A stretch of 32,000 bases of DNA, taken from contig NZ_AP013028.1 of assembly GCF_000829315.1 (NCBI RefSeq), positions 660,001 to 692,000 on the forward strand, in the 5' to 3' direction. The translations under genes were made by a program, and so were the position numbers. This stretch comes from Wolbachia endosymbiont of Cimex lectularius. GTDB taxonomy: Bacteria; Pseudomonadota; Alphaproteobacteria; Rickettsiales; Anaplasmataceae. Below are positions 19,751 to 29,410 of this stretch, in pieces (position 1 is the first letter of the stretch; every line of letters starts with the position of its first letter). The notes under the pieces were generated by a model. It saw only the letters and a list, made by a program, of their open reading frames with translations. It searched no databases and was not told the DNA's origin.

Positions 19751-20310
19751 TTACTTATGCCCAACGTTCTGGTTAGCGCTCTGGCCAATGTTCTCAAGAT
19801 GATTGGATGTGTTAGTATCGTCCATAGAAGAAAGAGGAGGTGAAGCAGTCTTGTTTTCTTGCACGAAACTTTCGGCAGCTTCGACAACCTTGCTTATACG
19901 TGGTTCTTTTTCTAGTTCTTCACGATGTTTTGAAAAGATTTCACAACTTTCATCATCCATATGCACCATTATTTTACCAAAGCCTGAGGTATTTTCAGAA
20001 AATAGAACCATTTCAATCTTTTCACCATCGCCTACTTCAAAGGCCATCTGAAGTACGCCCTTCATATCGCAATATTGCCCGTTTTGCGTTCGGATTACAT
20101 CACCTTCCCCAAATTTCAGTGCTCCATCTAAATTTTTGAATTCTGGATTATTCAAAAATTTCGCAGGAGTTATAACACTTTCTTCTGGACACTTTACACA
20201 ATAAAATTCATTATCCCTTTCTACTATGATTCCTTCTTTTTTGTCATTTTCAATACTATTACGTACGACTTGCTCTAAACTTGATAAATAGTTTTTACGC
20301 TTCTCTTTTA
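19751..20310 (-). pseudogene. Truncated hypothetical gene, 5' part missing at IS copy 2
   Basis: Open frame continues upstream of the track ORF to the IS boundary: 'KEKRKNYLSSLEQVVRNSIENDKKEGIIVERNNEFYCVKCPEESVITPAKFLNNPEFKNLDG...'; no start codon upstream other than internal ones before the IS. Confidence 0.6.
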
Positions 20311-21172
20311 GAACCTGTTTAAAATCTTCGTAACAGGAGAGAAATGAAGGAGAGGACTATCATCTGTAAGCTAGTGTTGAGCTTCCGCTCGCAATTTTTC
20401 CACAATCGCCTGCACTTTTCTAACCAGGCAAAAGAGCGTTCAACAACCCATCTTTTTGGCAATACGACGAAAGTGTGTAACTCACTTCGCTTTATTACTT
20501 CAACAGTCGCACCAATGATAGCTTTTATTTGTGTTGCAAAATTTTCTCCTGTGTAGCCAGCATCAACCAGTATGTTTTTAACTTCAGAGAGGTTTGCTTT
20601 AGCATTTTCGACCATTTTCACAGCACTGCTACGGTCAGTTGCTTCTGCCGTTGTTACATAAATTGCATGTGGCAAACCTTGTGTATCAACTGCAATATGG
20701 CGCTTTATCCCTGAAATCTTTTTACCTGCATCATAGCCTTTTTTTTTTCAGCAGTATCTGCGTTTTTAACGCTTTGAGAATCAATTATACAAAAGCTAGT
20801 TTTCTCTTTCCGACCATTGCTGATACGGACCTCTCCAACTAATTTTTTTTAAGACTAATTCCAACAAGCTTGGCTCTTCTCCATTCTTTTTACTCCACAC
20901 TCGAAAATAGTAATATACGCTTTCCCATCTTGGAAAACCCTTTGGTAACATCCTCCACTGACAACCACTTTTTAAGACGTACAACACCCCACAAAATACG
21001 TCATACAAATCAAGTTTTCTTGGTTTTGTTTTCTGCTTGCTACTCTCCAAAATTGGCCTGATTTTTTCAAACTGCTCTTGACTTATATTACTTGGATAAC
21101 TTTTCTGCATAGACACCTCATTATTAATCTATGCTTACTTTACCTCACATTTCCAAGATTTTAAACAGGTTC
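20311..21172 (-). mobile_element. IS5-like insertion sequence, copy 2 (862 bp)
   Basis: Same ends as copy 1; includes ORFs 20319..20675 and 20796..21116; A10 run (T10 at 20739-20748); flanks TTA and TGA do not match. Confidence 0.95.
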
Positions 21173-21288
21173 TGAGCATTATAGGCTATAAGAAAGGAGA
21201 GTTGAATGATGAGAGTAGTACAAAAGGTCTTTTATATTCTTTAAGATCTGTGGTAGACTAACAAAGGTTGTTTAATCATAAATAGCAA

Positions 21289-21552
21289 ATGGTAAAAGAC
21301 GAGAAATCGAAAACAATTTTTGAGGTGGAAGGGGCAGTAACTGCTTTATTACCTGCAGCAGAATTTAGAGTGAAGCTAGACAACGAACATGAGGTCATTT
21401 GTCATGTATCAGGAAAAGTTAGAAGAAGTAAAATACGCATTGTTATCGGAGATAGAGTGTTGGTAGAGATGAGTATTTACGATAGGAATGCGAAAAAGGG
21501 TAGGATAATTAGAAGGCTTAAAGGTACAAGTGACAGAACGATCTCTAGATAA
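21289..21552 (+). CDS. infA: Translation initiation factor IF-1
   Basis: 'FEVEGAVTALLPAAEFRVKLDNEHEVICHVSGKVRRSKIRIVIGDRVLVEMSIYD'. Confidence 0.95.
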   Translation: MVKDEKSKTIFEVEGAVTALLPAAEFRVKLDNEHEVICHVSGKVRRSKIRIVIGDRVLVEMSIYDRNAKKGRIIRRLKGTSDRTISR

Positions 21553-22126
21553 TCTTATTCTTGCTTCGTCGTCAGAAAGGCGTATAGCCCTACTAAAACA
21601 AATAAGTATTAAGCCAGGTTTAATTTTACCAGCAGATATAGACGAAACTCCTTTAAAAAAGGAACTTCCGAAAGATTATTCAATCCGTATGGCAAAAAGC
21701 AAAGCTGAGAAGATACAAAGCTCAAACCCAGATTATTTTGTGCTTGGTGTTGATACGGTTGTTGCTTGCGGTAGAAGGATATTGCTCAAAACTGAAAACG
21801 TTGAGCAAGCAGAAAAATGTATTCGCCTGTTATCAGGAAGAAGGCATAGAGTATACACCAGTGTGTGTCTACTCACTCCCCATCGATCCAAACAACATAT
21901 TAGAACCGTGGTTACGATAGTGAAATTTAAACGTCTCAGTGAACAAGAAATTAAATATTATTTAGCATCAGAAGAGTGGAAAAATAAGGCAGGGGGGTGC
22001 AATATACAAGGCCTTGCTGGAATGTTTGTATTGTTCTTACGCGGTTCCTACTTTTCCGTTATAGGGTTACCGTTACACGAAACTTATTGCTTGCTGAGCA
22101 ATTATTTTAACCTCAATTTATATTGA
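21530..22126 (+). CDS. maf: Maf-family nucleoside triphosphate pyrophosphatase
   Basis: 'LILASSSERRIALLKQI', 'DYFVLGVDTVVACGRRIL', 'SGRRHRVYTSVCL'; overlaps the infA 3' end. Confidence 0.85.
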   Translation: MTERSLDNLILASSSERRIALLKQISIKPGLILPADIDETPLKKELPKDYSIRMAKSKAEKIQSSNPDYFVLGVDTVVACGRRILLKTENVEQAEKCIRLLSGRRHRVYTSVCLLTPHRSKQHIRTVVTIVKFKRLSEQEIKYYLASEEWKNKAGGCNIQGLAGMFVLFLRGSYFSVIGLPLHETYCLLSNYFNLNLY

Positions 22127-23711
22127 CACACCTTTATCTTTTTCTTGCTGTTGCTTGATATATTTAGTCCAAAGTAATCTGTTTTTGTTGCCCAATGCGA
22201 TTCTATTGCGATCATGACTGTTAGTGTGCTCTACTAAAGTAGAATCTCTTTCTTCTTCTATTACTCCAACTTTCAGTTGCGCTACATCTTTTTCTAATAA
22301 TCTATGTAGATTGCTATTTTTATCTATAGTCAGATTAGTATCAGCATTCTCCCGTTCTGCCACTTTTTTTACATCTGTTGAATTGTCTTTTAGCAACCCG
22401 TCTGCTAGTAAACGTTCTCTGGTTTGTTCACTAATTTCTTTTTGATCCACCGGTCTTAGTGGAAACTTTTGAGTTTTTCTATCCAACTTACTGGTAAATT
22501 TAGTAAGTAGAGTGTCATTACTTTGTCCAGCATTCATGAGGCTCTTCTTTAACTGTTTAGGATCTACTTGGGATTGCCCATTACTATCTTGAGTCGGAGA
22601 TGAAGGGTTTGAGTCACTTTGTTCAGCATTTCTTCTGTTTTCCTTCCATTCTCCTAATGCTTTACTTATTTTTTGAAAATTCCTCTCTTCCTCTTCAGGT
22701 TCCTGTCCACTCCTGTGAGAATTTTTCCGTGGTCGAGTGTCACCACTTTGTTCAACGTCAGTATTTCCACTAGTGCTAGTTGGAGATAGAGGTTTGCTAT
22801 CATCATTTTCTCCTTTTTCTACAATATTACTCTGACTATATTTTTTGGATAATTTTTCCTCTAGAGCATTCAAATTTTTATTGTTTTCTCTGCCCTCAAT
22901 CTTATCCTTTAGCCAATTACGTATAGTGTCATACTGGCTACCTTTTTCTATTTTTTCTAAAACATTTTCTATGAATTGTTTTTGCGCCATCTCAGTTGCG
23001 TTAGAGCTTAGTTCACTTTGCTCATCATCTTGGTGATCTAAGCCCTCTTGCTTATCAAAAACATCTTTTTTGAGTGAACTAGTTCAGGTAGCGGTGGAGG
23101 AGGAGTTTTTTTGTTCTGAGAATTCTCTTCAAAAAGCGATTGAAGGTTATAAACTCGACCTTCAGAACTTTCTTTTCGCGCTGCTTGTCTACGCTCGCGC
23201 TTTTCTTTAGCTTCTTGAGAATTGATTTCATTATCAAAATCTTCACTATGTAAGAATTCAATTTCTGCTCTCCGCTCAAGAATCGAAGTCACATCATTTA
23301 GCGGTGGCTTATTTCCGGTATTACCTGACTCCTTAGCATCTTTAGACTTAAATATACCTTCAACTTTTTTTAATGCGACATCTTGTGTTGGTGGCGCAAG
23401 CGCGGCGCTTCTTACTTGCAGGGCCTCCTCAGCAACTGTTTCTTTTTCTCCAGACGCAGTATATCTAAACGTGGTGAATGTAGGGCTGTCATACCGTTCA
23501 TCTTTTTGCCTATTATCTTGATTGCGCTTGCAGGCTCAGCAGAAGTTTGCTCACTGACAACGTTTCCTTTAGGTGGAAGTGAACTAGTTCTAGGTGGCAG
23601 TGGAGGAGGAGTCTGAGACCCAGCCTCTTGAGTTGTATTGGCAGCTTTGTTTTCTTGAATAGGTTTCTCAACATTCTTTTTTATTGCAGCTTCGAATGAT
23701 GGCTTATTCAC
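22118..23711 (-). pseudogene. Frameshifted proline/glutamate/lysine-rich hypothetical gene (includes track ORFs 23412..23711, 23038..23292, 22118..22990)
   Basis: Three same-strand ORFs in different frames join by continuous protein-like readings across the gaps; at least two frameshifts. Confidence 0.6.
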
Positions 23712-23734
23712 CTCTTTCCACCTTCCTTTTGCTA

Positions 23735-24471
23735 AACTTCATATAAGTATAAATTGCCTATTTTTACATCTTTATTCGCTCGTAGCTGTTCTTTATTGAC
23801 ATCATGACCTCCAATACGTTCTACAGAACCATCAGCATTAATATTAATTGTGACAGTACACTTTTCCCCGTTCACATACCAATTTAGCGTCATTTCGTAT
23901 GAACCATCGATTACGACATAATGCCTTATTTTCTTCCTCCTTCCTCAGCAACAAAGCCGTGCATTCCGCTCTTTCCATCGCTATGCAACGTTGAAAACCC
24001 GAAGATTCCATTTTTCTGACAAAAATCACTATTTAAAAATTCGCTGATTTTGAATTCTTTTTTGTTGTCTTCCAGCGTAATACTTGCATGGTTACCGTAT
24101 ATTTTAACACCATTCTTTTTAACACCACCCTCGATATATTGACTTAGCTCCTTTTCGGCTTTTTCTTGAAGTTTTTGTTTAGCTTTATCTTCAAGCTTTT
24201 GTGCAGCTTTCTTTATCTTGTCGCATTCTTAAAGAACAACTTCACACGCTTTATTTTTGTTTTCATCTTCATCCCAATAGGGGTGTTCTATTGAAAACTT
24301 TACTATGTTGAAGTCAACCACGGCGTTGTAAATTGGTTCATCTTTTACTTCATTAGATAAAAGAAGATAAAAATCTTCTTTTATCTCTTTGGACAAAGAC
24401 GAAAAATTTTGAATGAACTCATGATGACTGTGTTCTTGTTGTACATTTTCAGTGTTCATATTCTTCCTCAC
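23735..24471 (-). pseudogene. Frameshifted hypothetical gene (includes track ORFs 24229..24471 and region to 23735)
   Basis: Segments 'MRKNMNTENVQQEHSHHEFIQNFSS...', 'DKAKQKLQEKAEKELSQYIEGGVKKNGVKIYGNHASITLEDNKKEFKISEFLNSDFCQKNGIFGFSTLHSDG', and 'VVIDGSYEMTLNWYVNGEKCTVTININADGSVERIGGHDVNKEQLRANKDVKIGNLYLYEV*' lie in order but in different frames. Confidence 0.6.
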
Positions 24472-24561
24472 TAATAACCCTCTGCCTTTAGCTTGTTAGC
24501 TAATACAATTATTATGGGAATTAGTTGAATTTTTATTAAAGGAGGTTGTATCCAGTTCCCA

Positions 24562-24819
24562 CTACACAGAAAGCGGACAGACAACAGTGGAAAAAAGCTA
24601 CCCCATAGAAACAAAAAAACTACTTGACAACTTTCGCCGTTATCCTTATAATGAGATTGAAGCTATTATTTATCTTCAGTCTGTGCAGATAAAACGACAA
24701 AAAACTCAATGTACTTGGCGTCTCATGTTTAATTTTTTGCACTATGTGCATCTCATGTCTTTATAAACTTTCAAGGTTTTACCTAATATAAGCTAAAATG
24801 CGCTCGTTAAAGCATTTAA
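24562..24819 (-). repeat. Modular intergenic repeat, reverse orientation, truncated at or before IS copy 3
   Basis: CTACACAGAAAGCGGACAGACAACAGTGGAAAAAAGC...GAAACAAAAAAACTACTTGACAACTTTCGCCG...; reverse complement of the 10990-11150 region. Confidence 0.7.
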
Positions 24820-25680
24820 GAACCTGTTTAAAATCTTGGAAATGTGAGGTAAAGTAAGCATAGATTAATAATGAGGTGTCTATGCAGAAAAGTTATCCAA
24901 GTAATATAAGTCAAGAGCAGTTTGAAAAAATCAGGCCAATTTTGGAGAGTAGCAAGCAGAAAACAAAACCAAGAAAACTTGATTTGTATGACGTATTTTG
25001 TGGGGTGTTGTACGTCTTAAAAAGTGGTTGTCAGTGGAGGATGTTACCAAAGGGTTTTCCAAGATGGGAAAGCGTATATTACTATTTTCGAGTGTGGAGT
25101 AAAAAGAATGGAGAAGAGCCAAGCTTGTTGGAATTAGTCTTAAAAAAAATTAGTTGGAGAGGTCCGTATCAGCAATGGTCGGAAAGAGAAAACTAGCTTT
25201 TGTATAATTGATTCTCAAAGCGTTAAAAACGCAGATACTGCTGAAAAAAAAAGGCTATGATGCAGGTAAAAAGATTTCAGGGATAAAGCGCCATATTGCA
25301 GTTGATACACAAGGTTTGCCACATGCAATTTATGTAACAACGGCAGAAGCAACTGACCGTAGCAGTGCTGTGAAAATGGTCGAAAATGCTAAAGCAAACC
25401 TCTCTGAAGTTAAAAACATACTGGTTGATGCTGGCTACACAGGAGAAAATTTTGCAACACAAATAAAAGCTATCATTGGTGCGACTGTTGAAGTAATAAA
25501 GCGAAGTGAGTTACACACTTTCGTCGTATTGCCAAAAAGATGGGTTGTTGAACGCTCTTTTGCCTGGTTAGAAAAGTGCAGGCGATTGTGGAAAAATTGC
25601 GAGCGGAAGCTCAACACTAGCTTACAGATGATAGTCCTCTCCTTCATTTCTCTCCTGTTACGAAGATTTTAAACAGGTTC
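24820..25680 (+). mobile_element. IS5-like insertion sequence, copy 3 (861 bp)
   Basis: Same ends, opposite orientation; TAA target duplications at 24817-24819 and 25681-25683; A9 at 25244-25252. Confidence 0.95.
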
Positions 25681-25683
25681 TAA

Positions 25684-26879
25684 GGCATTTTGATAGAGAA
25701 AAGATAAAATTTGAAATAAATGAAGAAGAAGCAAAAATAGTAAGGCAAATATTCGTGTGGATAGGACAAGAAAGAGTAAGTATAAGGGAAGTTATACGTA
25801 GACTAAGAGATAGGTCAATTAGAACGAGGAGTGGAAAAAAGGTTTGGCGTCCAATAGTAATTTGGAAGATGTTAAGAAATCCAGCGTATATGGGACAAGC
25901 AGCGTTTGGTAAATTAAAAAGGGTAAAAAGAAGAAGAAAAAATAAACAAAAGGTTTCTATCTATCGTGCAGATAAAGATAGTTGGATTTATATACCAGTA
26001 CCAAAGATAGTTGATGAAGGATTATTTAATAAGGTACAAAAGCAACTGGATGAAAATAGAAAAAGAGCAAGAATGCAGAGAAGGAAAGAGGTAAATTTAC
26101 TGCAAAGTCTAGTTGTATGTAAAAACTGTGGATATGCTTATGGCGGCGTGCACCATAGGGATGGGAAAAAAACGTATAGCTATTATCGCTGTAGTAGTAC
26201 CTCACATATTACTGATGGTGAGGAAAAATGTAACAATAAATTGGTTCGTAGAGAGATGTTAGAGACAGCAGTATGGGAAAAGGTAAAAGATTTGCTAAAA
26301 AACCCAGAGATGATAAAAAAGGAGTACCAACGCAGAATTTCAGAAAATAAAAGTGATGAACCATTAGGTAAAAAGCTTGCAAGAAGAGAAGAACAAATAA
26401 AAGAAGGTATAAAAGAATTAATGAAAGATTATTATAGTAAAGGAAACGCAGGTGAGAAACGATATATAAGTAAGGAAGTACTTGAACAGACAATCAGAGT
26501 ATTGAATGAAAGTTTAAAAGAAATAGAAGAAGAGAAAAAGAAGGTGACTAATCAAAGGGCAGTAAAAACGGGAATAAACCGTATTATAAGTAGCATAAAG
26601 AATTTTTATTCTAGTATGAAATCGAACTTGGAACAGCTAGATTGGGGAACTAAACGTGGTATTATTAAAGCACTGATAGGACGAATAGACATAGGCCGTG
26701 ACCAGGTGGAAATAAGATTTCAGATCGAAGAACCAGCGGAGGATGGGAAGATTTTTAATTTGTATCATTGTACTACATACCATAATAATGGGGCTGGTGA
26801 GATTTGTCAAGTAGTTTTTTTGTTTCTATTGGATGACATTATAGCTTTTTTCCACTGCCGTCTTTCGTCCTTTGTGTAG
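25684..26879 (+). pseudogene. Large serine recombinase remnant (recombinase domain, zinc ribbon and C-terminal coiled coil; resolvase catalytic domain absent)
   Basis: 'FDREKIKFEINEEEAKIVRQIFVWIGQERVSIREVIRRL...NPAYMGQAAFGK...LVVCKNCGYAYGGVHHRDGKKTYSYYRC...EKCNNKLVRREMLE'; the catalytic Ser domain is not present upstream. Confidence 0.8.
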
Positions 26880-26880
26880 A
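26803..26880 (+). repeat. Outer arm of the modular repeat, forward orientation
   Basis: TTTGTCAAGTAGTTTTTTTGTTTCTATTGGATGACATTATAGCTTTTTTCCACTGCCGTC....TGTGTAGA. Confidence 0.7.
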
Positions 26881-26943
26881 GGAAATCAGTATGAGTATGG
26901 CCTACTAACGCTTATATTTCTGTAAAGCAAAAAATTTTAGTGG

Positions 26944-27017
26944 GGCGAGCGACCAGGATCGAACTGGCGACATTCAGTACCACAAACTGACGCTCTACCA
27001 ACTGAGCTACGCCCGCC
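26944..27017 (-). tRNA. tRNA-His (GTG)
   Basis: Reverse complement G-GCGGGCGTAGCTCAGTTGGTAGAGCGTCAGTTTGTGGTACTGAATGTCGCCAGTTCGATCCTGGTCGCTCGCC; extra 5' G pairs with C73; CCA at 26941-26943. Confidence 0.93.
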
Positions 27018-27126
27018 AAAGTATAAAATTTCTAACATACCAGCGCAAAAAGTCAATTGACTATTTAAGTAAATTCTTTTACTTCAAATTGTATTATAGT
27101 TATATGTAAAATCGTGGGGTTTCTAA

Positions 27127-27988
27127 GAACCTGTTTAAAATCTTCGTAACAGGAGAGAAATGAAGGAGAGGACTATCATCTGTAAGCTAGTGTTGAGCTT
27201 CCGCTCGCAATTTTTCCACAATCGCCTGCACTTTTCTAACCAGGCAAAAGAGCGTTCAACAACCCATCTTTTTGGCAATACGACGAAAGTGTGTAACTCA
27301 CTTCGCTTTATTACTTCAACAGTCGCACCAATGATAGCTTTTATTTGTGTTGCAAAATTTTCTCCTGTGTAGCCAGCATCAACCAGTATGTTTTTAACTT
27401 CAGAGAGGTTTGCTTTAGCATTTTCGACCATTTTCACAGCACTGCTACGGTCAGTTGCTTCTGCCGTTGTTACATAAATTGCATGTGGCAAACCTTGTGT
27501 ATCAACTGCAATATGGCGCTTTATCCCTGAAATCTTTTTACCTGCATCATAGCCTTTTTTTTTTCAGCAGTATCTGCGTTTTTAACGCTTTGAGAATCAA
27601 TTATACAAAAGCTAGTTTTCTCTTTCCGACCATTGCTGATACGGACCTCTCCAACTAATTTTTTTTAAGACTAATTCCAACAAGCTTGGCTCTTCTCCAT
27701 TCTTTTTACTCCACACTCGAAAATAGTAATATACGCTTTCCCATCTTGGAAAACCCTTTGGTAACATCCTCCACTGACAACCACTTTTTAAGACGTACAA
27801 CACCCCACAAAATACGTCATACAAATCAAGTTTTCTTGGTTTTGTTTTCTGCTTGCTACTCTCCAAAATTGGCCTGATTTTTTCAAACTGCTCTTGACTT
27901 ATATTACTTGGATAACTTTTCTGCATAGACACCTCATTATTAATCTATGCTTACTTTACCTCACATTTCCAAGATTTTAAACAGGTTC
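27127..27988 (-). mobile_element. IS5-like insertion sequence, copy 4 (862 bp)
   Basis: TAA target duplications at 27124-27126 and 27989-27991; A10 (T10 at 27555-27564); ORFs 27135..27491 and 27612..27932. Confidence 0.95.
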
Positions 27989-28066
27989 TAAGATGTACAG
28001 CCCCACAATTCCTCCTTTGATGGTGTTTTTTCTCAAACTTTATCATACTTTCTGGGACCAAACTCT

Positions 28067-29410
28067 CTACTTTCTGCTTAGCATATCCATCAAATCAGAT
28101 TCTTTGAGTTTGCTGTGGTCGACTTTGCTGAACTTGTTTACCATCGCGCTCATTTGGTTATATTGCTTAACTAAGAGATTAACATCCGGCACACTCGTTC
28201 CAGAACCTTTTGCAATTCTAAGCCTCCTCTTGCCATTTAGAATATCTGAATCTCGCCTTTCCTTTTCAGTCATCGAATTTATGATAGCTATATATTTTTT
28301 CACTTTGCTATCATCTGGCACTCCGCTACTTAGCTTTTTTGTAAACGAGCTTGGGATGAACTTCATTATGTTGCTGATGCCATCCATTTTATTCAGAGTT
28401 TTTAGCATTCCTACTAAATCATTCAGGTCAAATTTACCTTTTTTTACTTTCTTTTGCAGTTTATCGATTTCTTCCTGACCAACGATCTCGGCAGCTCTTT
28501 CAACCAACGAAACAACATCACCCATATCAAGTATCCTTTTTGCGATTCTATCTGGGTAAAAGTCATCGAGATCACTTAGCTTTTCACCACAAGCAATAAA
28601 TTTAATTGGGCAATTAGTTGTCATTTTCATAGAGAGGGCAGCACCACCACGTGCATCGCCATCAATACGAGTGAGAACAATGCCAGTCACGCCTATTGCT
28701 TCATTGAATGATTTGGCGATGTTCACTGCGTCTTGGCCGATCATCGCATCGGCTACTAAAATCACTTCTGCAGGTGAAGCTATTTCTTTCACAGCCTTCA
28801 ACTCATTCATCATATTTTCGTCGATATGAAGCCTACCCGCGGTATCTAGTATTAATACATCACAGTTATCGTTCTTTGCTGCTGCCAGTGCCCTTTTTGT
28901 AATTGCAATAGGCTTTTCATCTATCGCTATAGGTAAGGTTTGTACGTCTATTTGTTTACCGAGCACCTCAAGCTGTTTCTGGGCAGCCGGCCTGTAAATA
29001 TCCAAAGAGGCAAGCATTACTTTTTTCTTCTGTTTTTTTAGCTTTAAAGCAAGTTTCCCCGAAGTGGTTGTTTTACCTGCGCCTTGTAAGCCCACCATCA
29101 TAATTATAGCAGGAGGTTTAACTGCTAGGTTCAATTCACTTTTTTCTGGTCCGAGAATTGCAACTAAATTATCCTGCACAATTTTGATTATCATTTGTGC
29201 TGGAGAAACACTTTTTATGACTTTTTCCCCTATGACCTTATCTTTAATATCATTGATGAATTTTTTTGCAACTTCAAGCGAAACATCAGCTTCAATTAGG
29301 GCTATACGTATTTCACGCATAGCAAGGCTGAAGTCATCTTCGGAAATGATTGACTTTCCCCTGAGCTTGTTGAATACAGAATTTAAACTCTCGGTTAATG
29401 ATTTAAACAT
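28067..29410 (-). CDS. ffh: Signal recognition particle protein Ffh
   Basis: 'MMVGLQGAGKTTTSGKLALKLKK', 'DVLILDTAGRLHIDENMM', 'GIVLTRIDGDARGGAALSM'; M-domain 'GSGTSVPDVNLLVKQYNQM'. Confidence 0.95.
   Translation of the reverse strand: MFKSLTESLNSVFNKLRGKSIISEDDFSLAMREIRIALIEADVSLEVAKKFINDIKDKVIGEKVIKSVSPAQMIIKIVQDNLVAILGPEKSELNLAVKPPAIIMMVGLQGAGKTTTSGKLALKLKKQKKKVMLASLDIYRPAAQKQLEVLGKQIDVQTLPIAIDEKPIAITKRALAAAKNDNCDVLILDTAGRLHIDENMMNELKAVKEIASPAEVILVADAMIGQDAVNIAKSFNEAIGVTGIVLTRIDGDARGGAALSMKMTTNCPIKFIACGEKLSDLDDFYPDRIAKRILDMGDVVSLVERAAEIVGQEEIDKLQKKVKKGKFDLNDLVGMLKTLNKMDGISNIMKFIPSSFTKKLSSGVPDDSKVKKYIAIINSMTEKERRDSDILNGKRRLRIAKGSGTSVPDVNLLVKQYNQMSAMVNKFSKVDHSKLKESDLMDMLSRK

Noticed and set aside
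25755-26879. Active integrase for a mobile island
   Set aside because: The resolvase catalytic domain is absent and no attachment sites or cargo could be defined, so it is called a remnant.
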